A stretch of DNA of 63,313 bases, filler included. It is 5 parts of 5 records of this genome, joined end to end, with 100 filler letters (N's around TTAATTAATTAA, not from the genome) between each part and the next. Parts side by side here need not be neighbours in the genome. Positions count along the whole stretch, not along the records: positions 1 to 4,362 come from SRR20825010_3597; positions 4,463 to 21,662 come from SRR20825010_3599; 3 more parts are not named here. One strand, 5' to 3'. The stretch's first letter is position 1. The number at the start of each line of letters is the position of its first letter. Position numbers and translations under genes: made by a program. Below, piece by piece: positions 1-11,207 of the stretch. Under the pieces are notes generated by a model. The model made no database searches. It was given only the letters and a program-made list of their open reading frames with translations, and was not told the DNA's origin.

Positions 1-440
1 ACCATGCGATCAGTATGCGGTGTCTTGAAGACGTACGGGTTGACCGGTTCGATAATCTGGATACCTGCCGCCAAGGAAACCAACGGCACTTCCGCGTCTT
101 CGAAGACCGAAATCATCGCCAGCGTCGCGCCGGTCGTGCTGGTGCCGATCACGGCCGAAACCTCGTCGTCTTCGACCAACCGCGTGGCATAGGTCCGCGC
201 GGTATTGGCATCGGAGGCATCATCGTACAGCACTAGCTCCACCGGACGGCCAAGCAGACCACCGTCTTCATTCAGTTTTTCCACATAGTGCTTGAGCGTG
301 ATTGCCGCGGGTTCTCCCAAAAACGCCGCCGGGCCAGTCTGCGACACGACTGCGCCGATCCGCACCGGGTCAGCAGCTTGCACCCCCCCGGCGATGGTAA
401 GAGCGGCCCCGAGAGCGGCAAGTTTGACTACCTTTTTCAT
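1..440 (-). CDS. ABC transporter substrate-binding protein, LivJ/aromatic-acid family (3' end truncated by window start)
   Basis: Not in the ORF track; my translation from ATG 440 (RBS GGAGG) is MKKVVKLAALGAALTIAGGVQAADPVRIGAVVSQTGPAAFLGEP...LLGRPVELVLYDDASD...AVIGTSTTGAT. This is a signal peptide plus typical Peripla_BP_6 motifs. Confidence 0.88.
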   Translation of the reverse strand, partial: MKKVVKLAALGAALTIAGGVQAADPVRIGAVVSQTGPAAFLGEPAAITLKHYVEKLNEDGGLLGRPVELVLYDDASDANTARTYATRLVEDDEVSAVIGTSTTGATLAMISVFEDAEVPLVSLAAGIQIIEPVNPYVFKTPHTDRM

Positions 441-563
441 GTTTCCTCCACTTATTGAACTGATTTTAATTTGCGAGATGTCGGGGCCTTTAGGCAGCCC
501 TCTTTCACTTTACGTTCTGTTAGGTCTGAGACATTCTGGTGAGGCGGCATTGCCGCAACCGGC

Positions 564-1037
564 CTACACTTCCGCCGCTGCGGGGTCGCCCGATGCGGCG
601 GCCAGGTGGGTCCCCGGCACAATCTTTGAGTGACCGCGAAATTCGACAATCCTGCGACCGGATTGGTCGGTGATTGTCACATCATAAATTCCATTGCGTC
701 CATCAAGAAGGCTTTCTTTCGCAGTTGCGGTCAGCCGGTCGCCGCGAGACGCGGGGCGCAGAAACTGAACGCTGCAGAAATTTCCGACTGCGATTGAGTT
801 GCGGGTATTGCAAGCCAGCGCGAAAGCGACATCTGCCAGCGTGAACATCAGACCGCCATGCGCCATGTCGAGTCCGTTCACCATTTCATCACCGACAATC
901 ATCGACACTGCCGCCGTGCCCGGTCCCACGGAATCGCGGGTGATACCCAGCATACGGCTGGTCTTGTCCTCGGCCCAAATCACATCTGCGCAGTTCTCGG
1001 CTATCGTCTGCGGGTCGCTCGATATGGATATGTTCAA
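564..1037 (-). CDS. paaI: PaaI-family hotdog acyl-CoA thioesterase
   Basis: MVNGLDMAHGGLMFTLADVAFALACN hotdog motif, C-terminal GIYDVTIT...VEFRGHS; coupled to paaG. Confidence 0.9.
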   Translation of the reverse strand: MNISISSDPQTIAENCADVIWAEDKTSRMLGITRDSVGPGTAAVSMIVGDEMVNGLDMAHGGLMFTLADVAFALACNTRNSIAVGNFCSVQFLRPASRGDRLTATAKESLLDGRNGIYDVTITDQSGRRIVEFRGHSKIVPGTHLAAASGDPAAAEV

Positions 1038-1831
1038 GAGTTCTTTCCTTTTACTTTGAAGACCGGGGCCCGCTTTTCCAGAAAGGCGGTAACCGCCTCC
1101 TTGTTGTCTGCCGACTGACCGGCAAGACTTTGCAGATCGCGCTCGATGTCCAGCTGACGGTCAAAGGTCGTTTCCATGGCAGTATCCAAAGCCTGCTTGG
1201 TCAGCTTCAGGCCTTCGGGCGGAAGAGCGGCAAAGCGTTCGGCCATAGCCAAGGCTGCATCGCGTAATGCGGTATCATCCACCACCTGCCAGACCAGACC
1301 GAAGGTCTGCGCCTGTTCGGCAGTTATAGCGTCGCCAAGCAACGCCAGGGCCCGCGCCCGCTGGGGGCCGACCAGACGCGGAAGGGTCCATGTGCCGCCA
1401 GAATCCGGCACCAGACTGATTTTTGAGAACGATTGAACGAACTTGGCGGATCGTCCCGCCAGAACGATATCGCAGGCCAGTGCGATATTGGCACCCGCGC
1501 CTGCCGCGACGCCGTTTACAGCAGCAATGACCGGTATCGGCAGGCGTCGAATGGTGCGGACCAGACGGTTATATGTATTTTCGAGATGGACACCGAGATC
1601 GTCAATGGGGCCGTTCGGGTCAGAGGCTTCCCCGAGATCCTGCCCCGCACAGAAGCCGCGACCTGCTCCGGTCAGGACGATGCTCCGCACAGACCCGTCG
1701 GATTCGGCTGTCGCCAGTGCGTCGAACAATTCCCGGTGCATATCCACGGTGAAAGAGTTCAGCGCGTCGGGCCTGTTCAATATCACGACTAAACACGATC
1801 CGACTCTTTCGGTCAGCACCAATGAACTCAA
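1034..1831 (-). CDS. paaG: 2-(1,2-epoxy-1,2-dihydrophenyl)acetyl-CoA isomerase (crotonase family)
   Basis: LNRPDALNSF, GRGFCAGQDL, AVNGVAAGAGANIALACD and LVPDSGGTWTLPRLVG; TTG start after GGAGG; lies between paaI and paaX. Confidence 0.88.
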   Translation of the reverse strand: MSSLVLTERVGSCLVVILNRPDALNSFTVDMHRELFDALATAESDGSVRSIVLTGAGRGFCAGQDLGEASDPNGPIDDLGVHLENTYNRLVRTIRRLPIPVIAAVNGVAAGAGANIALACDIVLAGRSAKFVQSFSKISLVPDSGGTWTLPRLVGPQRARALALLGDAITAEQAQTFGLVWQVVDDTALRDAALAMAERFAALPPEGLKLTKQALDTAMETTFDRQLDIERDLQSLAGQSADNKEAVTAFLEKRAPVFKVKGKNS

Positions 1832-2072
1832 CGATTTATCCTCCCTCGCGATGGCCAGCCGACGCCCAGAACTTTTTCCGGGCCTTGGCTAGGTGTCCCA
1901 CGAACTTCATGTAACACAAATTTTAACAAAACAAACAGTTTTTCTATGTAGTTCAGATGCAAATTTGACGGCCCTTACCTGCGTGGGCATATTCAGGCGA
2001 AGGTGTGGACCGTCGGCGACGTCGGGAAATGGGTTGCAAACGATCGGAAATGGTTATGAAAAAGGGACACAT

Positions 2073-3080
2073 ATGGCGAAACCGCAAACAGAGAACAAAG
2101 GCGTAGCTGGAAGCAGCTTGTCCCACGACGCTTCCAAGGCGGCCCGAAAGAGCAAACCCGCCGTACAGACACACAGTTTCGCATCTATCCTCAATGAGGC
2201 GGCAGAACGCCGTCCGATCCGCCCGAAATCACTGATTATGACCATTTTTGGAGACAGCATCGTGCCTCTGGGCGGTGTCGTCTGGCTGGGCAGTATCGTT
2301 TCGATGACCGGGCTGTTCGGCCTTTCTGAACCGCTGGTGCGAACGTCGGCTCTGCGTCTGACCTATGATGGCTGGCTTAAGCGCGAGCAGGTCGGCAAGC
2401 GGAGCTTTTACTCCATGAACGAGGAGTTTGCGGTGGCCGATACTGCCTATCAGAGCCGTATTTATGCCTCCAGCGCCGAACTGCGGATGAACGGGTGGAC
2501 CATTCTCAAGTTGTTCAAGGAAAAGATCGATCGCAAAACTGCCTTTCGCCTGCGCCAGGAGCTGGAGCGCAACGGCTTCGGGCAGTTGGCGCCGCATGTC
2601 TTTATCCATCCCAGCATAGGTGAAACGGCGGCGCGGCATATTTCCACCGCCGGTGGAAGAAGCGCCGTTGGGCCGATTTTCTTCGCCGATTCCGCCTCGA
2701 TCGACCCACAGACGTTGCGTCATTTGGCGGACACGGCATGGGATCTTACGCCGATTCGCGAATCCTATAATGAATTCACGGATGCTTTTTGCCGGTTGCC
2801 GGATCTGCTCGCGCGAGAGGTTCCCAATATGGAGCAGTCCTTTGCCCTGAGGACGCTGATGATGCACTATTTCCGCCGCGCCGCGCTCCGGGACCCGCGT
2901 CTGCCAGCCTCGGCGCTGGACGATGATTGGCCAGGGGAGCGGGCCTATGAGCTGATGGGCGAGGTCTATCCAAAACTGTTGCCTGGGTCGGAGGCCTATC
3001 TGGAGCAGACCCTGGAGACTTTGCCAGGGCAGGTGGTTTCAAAAGATGTTCGGCTGTACCGGCGTTTTGGATCGGTCTGA
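2073..3080 (+). CDS. paaX: PaaX-family transcriptional repressor
   Basis: KSLIMTIFGD, VRTSALRL..DGWL, AWDL and YFRRAALRDPRLP...DWPG are PaaX N- and C-terminal motifs; start placed at ATG 2073. Confidence 0.9.
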   Translation: MAKPQTENKGVAGSSLSHDASKAARKSKPAVQTHSFASILNEAAERRPIRPKSLIMTIFGDSIVPLGGVVWLGSIVSMTGLFGLSEPLVRTSALRLTYDGWLKREQVGKRSFYSMNEEFAVADTAYQSRIYASSAELRMNGWTILKLFKEKIDRKTAFRLRQELERNGFGQLAPHVFIHPSIGETAARHISTAGGRSAVGPIFFADSASIDPQTLRHLADTAWDLTPIRESYNEFTDAFCRLPDLLAREVPNMEQSFALRTLMMHYFRRAALRDPRLPASALDDDWPGERAYELMGEVYPKLLPGSEAYLEQTLETLPGQVVSKDVRLYRRFGSV

Positions 3081-3314
3081 GCGTGCGCACAAAAAAAGTA
3101 CGCGTGAATCGGCGGTTGTCTCTGACGTTAGGGCGCAGTCGGGGTCCGCAACCGACCCCGACTGCACGGTTTCTTTGCGAAAATACGGCATCTGATTTCG
3201 TACGACAATAAATGTTTGTAGAATGAATTTTTTGCAGTATGTTTGGCCGATGTAAATCGGCTGCCGAGGTGGATGAGATCGGATCAGCCAAGCTCAAGGA
3301 AAAGGGGGGGAGAA

Positions 3315-4362
3315 TTGGAAAGCTCGACTATTTCGGATTTTCTGGTGAATCACAGAATCCGGCGGCCTGAACACGTCGCCTATCAATATCTACATGGAAA
3401 TGTGACCTGGGGGGAGCTTGATCGACGGATCGACGCGCTGGTGGTGGCCCTGTGGGCACGGGGAATCAGGCCAGGGGACGCAATCGCGGTCTGCGTAAAT
3501 GATGGTCCGGTGCAGGTTGAGGTTCTATTCGCGACTGCACGGATGGGGGCCATACGGGTCGGACTGAATTATCGCCATTCCAAGGGCGACATCGAAAGGC
3601 TGGTGGAGCATTCCGAGGCCAAACTGGTCATTGCAGCAGATGATTTTGTTGATCTTGTATCCGGCTGTTCGCCAGAATTCGGATTGATTATGGCCGGAGA
3701 TGGGCAGGGTAATCTAGGCGAGTACGCTGAGGCTCTCGATTTTGATGCCCCGCTGCCTGACTTTCCACGCCCGAAAGGGTCCGACATTTGTCAGATCTGT
3801 TACACGACCGGCTCGACCGGCAATCCCAAAGGGGCCATCTGGCGTCACAGTGGGGTTCTGGCGGTACTGGGTTTCTCCCAGCTTGATCTGAAGCTGAACG
3901 AAGATGATGTGTTTCTTCATTGCCTTCCGGCGGCGGGCGTACCCTCTATTCTATGTATGTGGAATGTCACACTGGGCTTTACCAATGTGATCATGCCTGC
4001 CTTCGAACCGGGGCTGGCGCTGGATTTGATCGAAAAGCACAACTGCACCAGTCTGTTGTTCATTCCCACGATGATTACCGGCGTCTGCGAGGAATACGAC
4101 AAGAAACCACGTGATGTTTCGTCGTTGCGGCGGATCTATTATGGCTCGGCGTCGACACCGCCCGCGTTGGTGCGGCGCGCCGGCGAGGTCTTCAAGGGGA
4201 TCGAACTGGAGCAGGTCTATGGCTCGACCGAAGGTGCGGGCGGCTGGTATACCAAACTGTCCCATGCCGATCACCAATGGGCGCTTGAAAACGATGAGAA
4301 CCTGTTGTCCTCATGCGGACAGCCGATGATCCATTGCCGCGTGCGCATCGTGGACGAAAACG
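3315..4362 (+). CDS. AMP-dependent acyl-CoA synthetase/ligase (truncated at contig end)
   Basis: YTTGSTGNPKG and YGSTEG adenylation motifs; probable TTG start after a G-rich RBS. Confidence 0.88.
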
Positions 4363-4462
4363 NNNNNNNNNNNNNNNNNNNNNNNNNNNNNNNNNNNNNN
4401 NNNNNNTTAATTAATTAANNNNNNNNNNNNNNNNNNNNNNNNNNNNNNNNNNNNNNNNNNNN
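4363..4462. other. Artificial contig linker (N-TTAATTAATTAA-N)
   Basis: N runs around a six-frame stop sequence; gene content and style change across it. Confidence 0.98.
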
Positions 4463-7400
4463 CTCATCAACTTCTTCGTCGCGGCTTGATCCTGTACTTC
4501 GTTCAGCCTCCGCTGCGTCATCTCCTTGCATTGAAAAAAGGAAATACTGGTATCCAGTTGAACTCGGAAAAACGTTCTCAAAGGCTCGTTCACCGATGAT
4601 CAACTTCCCCTGCAACACTGACCCCGCCAACAGACCAACGACACGAAAATGCACGTCACCGCTGCCGTAGTCGAATGCCTTGACCTCACCGAGACCACCA
4701 CGCATTTGTAAACTCCACATGGCGGTGTTTTGATCGATCACGACCGGCACCGGATCCTCGAGCGTTCCACTCGCTGAGACATTCAACAATTCCCATGTCG
4801 CCTCCGAGGTGTCCGCCTCCATGCTCGCCCAACCAAATCCGCCCAGCGAGTCTTGATCCGACAATCCGATCACCGTAGGACGCATCGCTTGATAAAGATT
4901 GTTGCAACTCGCATCGTCACCGCCCTTCATCCGAAACGGAACGACGCGAACGTCGTCTTTGGTGAATGATTCGGCATCTCGACCAAGCAACTCCGCACGC
5001 ACGTCGTCCGCACGAAGATCCTGGTGAAGCGGCTGGGCCGTTTGGCCAATCAAGTCAAAGCCGCCGGTCCCTTCTCGCGTTGGTGACAGCCGAAACACAC
5101 TGATGGACAAAATCAAAAACGCCGCCGTCGCGACCAATCCAATCGCAAGCGTGCTGCGCAGGGGACTGCGACGAGCGTTGGCCATCGCCAAAGAACTCAG
5201 CGAACCACCGCCCAGCCCCGGTGTTCGCATCGCGTGACCCGTCGTTGGTTTCTCGCCGCGAGCCGCACCCGAATCACTTCGTCTGCGAAGCGATCGGTGC
5301 ACCCAAATCAGAATGGCCACCAACGACAACATCCCGGCTCCGACGAAACCGCCTGCCGCTTGTTGACCGCCGCCCATCGCTCCCGCAATCGCGGCAACAA
5401 AGGCCAGAGCCAACAACGCGATGGCAACCCATTTCGATGCATTGCCAACACCTGGCTTCTTCGCCTTGGCACCGCCGCTCAAAGCATGTGATGAATCCAT
5501 CGTGCGACCACCAACCAACGCCGCAGGGTTCAATCGCAATAAGAAGCGCAATGTCCAGGCGGCTGTGAACATGCACACCAACCAACCCAGGATTCCTCCG
5601 AGTGCGATTGACAGTGGCGTCGCGTGAAATTGCAAAAACGGAACCGTGACCGCTCCCACCCACCATGACTTCAGCGCCCACAGCACCGCCCACGCGTACG
5701 CCACCCCACCGGCGATTCCGATCAAGGTTCCAAACGCGGCGGTCACCGCCGTTTCGCCCAAAGCCAACTTCATGACTCGGCGAGGCGTGAAGCCGACAGC
5801 CAACAAGGTGCCGAATTCACTCAGCCGTTGAATCACGCCTAATCGCAACAACAAAGCGATCAACATCATCGCGGCCAAGATTACAAAGAACGACAAGGCC
5901 AAAAACAAACCGTCAAAGGGCGTGGTGCCTTTGGATGCCGCCAACTGTTCGGCACGAATGGATCGTGGTGTCCAGCCAAGCTCACCCTGCACGCCGCGTG
6001 TGGCAGCCAAGATCTTCGCTCGCAAAGCGGGCATGTCTTTGGCCAAACTCGCATCAATCCGCAAACCAGTCGTTTGCCCAAAGCGGCTTCCAAAAATCGT
6101 CTGCCCGACGTCCAGCGGAACAAACGCTTTGGGAGTCAATCGTTGCTCGTTCCAATAAGCATCATCCTCTCGTTCGATCTTTCGGTCCAACTGAAAGGGC
6201 AAGTCCCAATCGCCAATCGAATCTTGATCGGTCACACCGGGAACATCAGGCGTCAACGCGGGGTCGTTGTAGGGTGTGATCGGCTCGTCGAAGACAGCTT
6301 CTCGGTTCCTACGGTAAGGCTTGCTGGGAATCGTCACCGGAACAATCTCGGTCACCACCGCATCAAACGACCGTTCAATTTCGCGTCCGTTTTCGACTTC
6401 CGGTTCGTAGAAGAACACTCGAACCTGATCGCCGACTGCGGCACCCAAACGGTTCGCCGTCCAATCGTTCAATACGATCGGAGTTTCACCCGAATCGGTC
6501 GTCGGCTGTTCCTGAAACGAATAGTCCAGCGGCAACGTGGGCCCGTCATCAATGGCGGACAACGTGCTGTAAGGAACCGAGTGAGATTGATCGTTGACGA
6601 TGACTTCGCCCGTTTTGGGATCGACCTTTTCAATTGCGTTAGCCAAGTAAGTCATCACCGGCGTGACGGTGCCTTCGGGCAACGCGTCCATCACCGCATT
6701 CACCGCATCGTTCTTCAGCAACAAGTTCTCGCTGGTTAGCGATACGTAGTCGATGATCGGCTCGCCACCTTTTTCGCGACCTCGCTGAATGTGTTGTAGG
6801 TTCCATCCCAGCGTTTCTAGCGACCAACTCACGTCATCCGCAGAAATTTCGCGAGCCAGGAAAATGGCATTTGCTTGCCCATCGCGATCCAACACGTCTG
6901 CGATGACGGTGCGAGATGCAAAAACCGTCTTGGGTGCCGCTTGGTTGGGGCTCAGTGAAAACCGCCCCAGTCCGGAATCAGGAACGATCGCGGCAACCTT
7001 CAGGCGAGGCAAACCTTCGCTTTGGATCTCCCGACGGCCCAGCGGACTATCGGCCGGCACAGCACCCTCGACCGGCAATCGCAAAGTGACCTGATCGCCC
7101 ACGGAAACTTTCAATTCGTCCGCGGCGGCTTGGTTCAAGACAACACTTTCTTCTCCCGGCATCGCCTCCGGTCGAATTCCAGTCACGTCCAAGTCCCAGA
7201 ACGATTCGTCGACTCCAAGCACTTGAACGCCGCCGATGCGACGCTGGCGATCCGAACCTTCGACATCCGCCTCGATACTGCCACCGGGAAACAAAATGAC
7301 CGGCGTTGCAAAGGCATCCTGCCCGGCGGTGCCCTTTGCTTTCGTTTCACCCTGACCGATCGATTCGCCTTCGATAGACAAGTCCGCCAACGGGAAAAAT

Positions 7401-7642
7401 GTACCAGGCGAAACAATCGATTCAATCTTCCCGAGACGTTCCACCGTCAGCGATCGCAAGCTGCCACGCATGGAATCGCCCACCAATAACGCCCCCGTGA
7501 TCACCGCGGTCGCGGTTGCAACCCCGAGCGCCACCGCAACCGTCACAGCTTGACGATGACGAAGCGTCGAAAGGATCAGCGAGACCAAAGAGACGGAACG
7601 AGCGCGAGATGCCATTGGTTTCCGGGGGTCGGGGGGTGTCAA
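4463..7642 (-). CDS. Large FtsX/MacB-like ABC transporter permease (C-terminus truncated)
   Basis: N-terminal ALGVATATAVITGALLVGDSMRGSLR, QRLSEFGTLLAVGF FtsX motif and two TM bundles. Confidence 0.85.
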
Positions 7643-7728
7643 CGGTCGTGACGGATGAACACGCGTCGCGGCCCAAAGTGCCTTGCGTGTTCGCTTTGCG
7701 ACGATAACACGGTGGAGTTTGATTCCGA

Positions 7729-9762
7729 GTGCGTCCCACCAAGTTTGTAGGTTTCCCTACCGTCTGTCCACGTATGCCTTTGCAACGCAGTCATTCGCCG
7801 TTCTGCGATCGCCATTGTCATGATGGCTGGGATGGTGCGTTGCAACGTTGGACTGTGGCGTTTGCACTGGCGTTCACGTCGATCGGATGCCGATCCAATC
7901 AACCGATGCCTGATCGCGTTCTCACCGCAACCAAGGTTTCCAGCGAGATCAACGTATCGAGCGAACTCAACGGGCGAACGAACCTAGCGTCGGCCGTTCG
8001 CCTGGGAACCCCGACCGCCACGCAACAAGCCGGCGTCGTGCCCCACTTTTACAATGACCGCGTCGAGCCTGCCCCCACCGGCTTTCACGATCCGTTCGGC
8101 GGCAAGCAGGACACGCGACGTCTGATCGAATTGGCCTCCGCGAAAAAAGCTGGCCAATTGGACATCCCCCCGACAACTTCGTCGGTTCCGCCGCTGGGCG
8201 TATCGCAGTCACCGGAATTCTGGGATCTGACGGAATCCGAGATGATCACGTTGGCGTTGCAAAACAGCGACGTCATCCGATCGCTCGGCGTACGAGTCCT
8301 CGAAGCACCGGCCTCTGTCACGACGGCCTACGATACCGCGATTCAAGCGACCGACCCAATGTTTGGCCCTCAGGCGGCTTTGGCGGAATTCGACAGTCAA
8401 CTCAGTGCCTCGCTGACAACCCAAAACAACGACCGCGTCTTCAACAATGCCACGCTTGGCGGACAAGTCCAAGAGCTGGTGCAAGACTACGCCCAATTTC
8501 AATCCGGATGGACGAAGCGAAACACTTGGGGCACCCAGTGGGACGTGCAATCCATCCACCAGTACGACAGCAACAATCGAGCGGGCAACTCTTTCCCAAG
8601 TTACTGGGAGACCCAACTGGAATTGGGAGTCCGTCAACCGCTGCTGCAGGGTGCCGGACGCACGTTCAATCTCATCGCGGGGCCCAATGCTCGCCCAGGA
8701 TTGAACTTCTCGAACGGAATTTGGATCGCTCGAATCAATTCGCAAATCAGCCAAGCGGATTTTGAGATTCAGTTGCGAGATTACTTCCTCGAACTCTACA
8801 CCGCATATTGGCAACTCCAACGACTCTATCATTCGTACGACAGCATTCGTCAAGCTCGAGACGTCTCGTACGAAATCTGGCAAACGGTCCTGTCAAAGAA
8901 ACAATCCGGACTGATTGGTGGCGAGGCCTACAAGGAAGCTCAAACGCGAGCCCAATACTATCGTTACCAGCGTGAGGCTGACCTTGCACTGGGCGGCAGC
9001 GAGGGCGAGACGGGAATCCGGAACGCCGAACGAACACTCCGGCGGATGATCGGTCTGCCCATCGCGGATGGCAAACTCCTGAGACCAGCCGATGGGTTCA
9101 CGACCGCACCGTTCGAATTCGCAATTGACGACAGCGTTGCACGCGGGTTCCAACACCGAACCGAACTCATGCGTCAACGTTTGCAGGTCCAGCAACAGAA
9201 CCTCCGGCTAGTCGCCGCCAAAAACTTCTTACTACCACGACTGGACATGATCGGTCGCACACGAGTGAGAGGCTTTGGAGACGACCTGACAGGCGACGGA
9301 CCACGTTTCAGCAGTGCAGCAGACGACTTCTTCTCGTTCGATCACACCGAATGGGAATTCGGCGTGGAGATGGGTGTCGCTCCATTGCGGCGACAAGCCA
9401 AAGCCGCGGTGCGAAATGCCAAGCTGCAATTGCACCGCGAACGCTCCATCCTGGAAGAACAACAACACGCGGTGACCTTTGAAATTCACGACGCGATTTC
9501 GAATAGCCAATCCAGCTTCGCCGCGTTGCAGAATTCGCTCGCCCGCGTTGAAGCGGGGCAGGACCGCCTCGCCTCTTCACGAGCTCTGTACGATGCCGGA
9601 AAAATCCAGCTGGAATTTCTGATCGACGCGACGGAAGAGCTGCTCCAATCCCAACGCCAATTGCATGTTGATCAAACGAACTACAGCTTGTCGCTGGTTC
9701 GGATTAGTCGTGCGATGGGAACGCTGCTATCCGACGTCGGCGTTCACTCTTACCACCGCTAA
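7729..9762 (+). CDS. TolC-family outer membrane efflux protein (planctomycete type; start uncertain)
   Basis: Lipobox-like FTSIGC; VRQPLLQGAG, AKNFLLPRLD and helical OEP repeats. Confidence 0.82.
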   Translation: MRPTKFVGFPTVCPRMPLQRSHSPFCDRHCHDGWDGALQRWTVAFALAFTSIGCRSNQPMPDRVLTATKVSSEINVSSELNGRTNLASAVRLGTPTATQQAGVVPHFYNDRVEPAPTGFHDPFGGKQDTRRLIELASAKKAGQLDIPPTTSSVPPLGVSQSPEFWDLTESEMITLALQNSDVIRSLGVRVLEAPASVTTAYDTAIQATDPMFGPQAALAEFDSQLSASLTTQNNDRVFNNATLGGQVQELVQDYAQFQSGWTKRNTWGTQWDVQSIHQYDSNNRAGNSFPSYWETQLELGVRQPLLQGAGRTFNLIAGPNARPGLNFSNGIWIARINSQISQADFEIQLRDYFLELYTAYWQLQRLYHSYDSIRQARDVSYEIWQTVLSKKQSGLIGGEAYKEAQTRAQYYRYQREADLALGGSEGETGIRNAERTLRRMIGLPIADGKLLRPADGFTTAPFEFAIDDSVARGFQHRTELMRQRLQVQQQNLRLVAAKNFLLPRLDMIGRTRVRGFGDDLTGDGPRFSSAADDFFSFDHTEWEFGVEMGVAPLRRQAKAAVRNAKLQLHRERSILEEQQHAVTFEIHDAISNSQSSFAALQNSLARVEAGQDRLASSRALYDAGKIQLEFLIDATEELLQSQRQLHVDQTNYSLSLVRISRAMGTLLSDVGVHSYHR

Positions 9763-9780
9763 GATCGGTCTCGGGGTTCC

Positions 9781-9945
9781 GTACGATGGCCTTCCAAGGC
9801 CGTCGAAGTGAAAACCCAATGCGTGAGCGAGGCATTCCCCAGATTCCCGCCGCGCATTTTTTGAAACTTCACTTTTGCAGTCGGTTTTGTTGGCCAACGG
9901 CCAACATCCACCCAAACGTTTTGAATTGAATTTGGCCGTTGGCCA
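9781..9945. repeat. Cluster of REP-like palindromes between convergent genes
   Basis: GTA-CGATGGCCTT-CC-AAGGCCGTCG hairpin at 9781-9805; perfect 14-bp inverted repeat TGGCCAACGGCCAA (9891-9904) / TTGGCCGTTGGCCA (9932-9945). Confidence 0.6.
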
Positions 9946-9991
9946 TTCGAATAAAAACCCAACCTCAAAACTCACGCGGCGGCTTTCCAGA

Positions 9992-10771
9992 TCAGCGAGC
10001 CGTCCAACCACCATCGACCGTCAACATGCTGCCTGTCATGTAGCTCGACGCATCGCTGGCCAGGAAAATCGCGGCTCCTTGGATCTCTTGCATCTGCCCC
10101 CAACGCTCCAGCGCGGTCGCCCCAACGATGAACCGTTTGGCCTCCTCGGTATCTGCGATGGGAACGTTCATCGGAGTCAAAAACGGACCCGGGCAGATCG
10201 CGTTGACGGTGACATTGTGTGGTGCCAACTCCAATCCCAACGCGCGTGTCATCTGCACCACCGCTCCTTTGCTGGATGCATAGGGCGTTCGGTTGGCCAA
10301 CCCGACCAAACCAAGCGTGCTGGCCAAGTTGATGATCCGGCCGGAACCGTTGTTCTTCATTACTGAACTGGCGTGTTTGCAACACAACCACATGCCGTCA
10401 ACATTGGTGCTTTGAACCTGGCGAAACTGTTCCAGCGACAACTCGTCGATGGAACCTCGCACATTGATTCCGGCACTGTTGATCAACACATCCAATCCGG
10501 ATAGTTGATCAACGCATGCTTGAACCATGTTTGCAACGTCGGCTTCCACCGTCACGTCCGCTCCAATGCCAATCGATCGAACCGGATATTCACCAGCAAT
10601 CTTTTCGGCGGCCGCGGACGTTTCTTGTCCATTGCGACTGACCAAACAGACATTCGCACCGGCGGATGCGAGCCCGGCCGCCATTGCTTCGCCCAACCCT
10701 TTCGAACCTCCCGTAATCAGAGCGGTTCGGCCGGACAAATCAAAGAGCTTCACACCGGGCCATCGAGTCAT
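9992..10771 (-). CDS. SDR family NAD(P)-dependent oxidoreductase (gluconate 5-dehydrogenase-like)
   Basis: TGGSKGLG, INSAG, YASSK and VDGGW; start placed at ATG 10771. Confidence 0.9.
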   Translation of the reverse strand: MTRWPGVKLFDLSGRTALITGGSKGLGEAMAAGLASAGANVCLVSRNGQETSAAAEKIAGEYPVRSIGIGADVTVEADVANMVQACVDQLSGLDVLINSAGINVRGSIDELSLEQFRQVQSTNVDGMWLCCKHASSVMKNNGSGRIINLASTLGLVGLANRTPYASSKGAVVQMTRALGLELAPHNVTVNAICPGPFLTPMNVPIADTEEAKRFIVGATALERWGQMQEIQGAAIFLASDASSYMTGSMLTVDGGWTAR

Positions 10772-10840
10772 ATTTGTCACCAGAGATAAAACGTGGAACG
10801 AGACCGATGCCAACTGCTCATTCAGTGACAGCACGCCGTC

Positions 10841-11200
10841 TCAAGAAATCGCGATGCGGCCGCCAATGTACCCGGCAAACAAGGCGATGAGAGAATAGAA
10901 CCCGGTCAGACCAATGACGAGCCCCAACATTGAGTCCAGCCCCATTCCCTGCAGGTAAACCACCACAGCAAATGACACTAATACCATTCCCGCGAAGACG
11001 GACGCGAGGAAGCACCAAAACAGGGTGGATAGAAACCCGAGAACCATGCCTTCCAAAGTGCCCGACGCGGCCCTGCCGGCCAGTGGTCCAATCGTTGCCG
11101 GGCAAAGAGCGACCCAAAACACCATGTGAAATCGAACCAGTGAAAAAACAACCGCAGCCCACGTCAACGCCAAGATCAAATGCACGATGCGGAACTGCAT
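10841..11200 (-). CDS. Hypothetical membrane protein
   Basis: 119 aa with about 4 hydrophobic segments; planctomycete-style MQFRI start; fits tightly between ppaC and the SDR. Confidence 0.65.
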   Translation of the reverse strand: MQFRIVHLILALTWAAVVFSLVRFHMVFWVALCPATIGPLAGRAASGTLEGMVLGFLSTLFWCFLASVFAGMVLVSFAVVVYLQGMGLDSMLGLVIGLTGFYSLIALFAGYIGGRIAIS

Positions 11201-11207
11201 GTCAGAC

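Noticed and set aside
1832-2072. PaaX operator in the paaG-paaX divergent region
   Set aside because: AT-rich and probably regulatory, but I found no clear TGATTC-N27-GAATCA match.
4407-4418. TTAATTAATTAA palindrome recurring four times
   Set aside because: Synthetic six-frame stop linker inside N runs.
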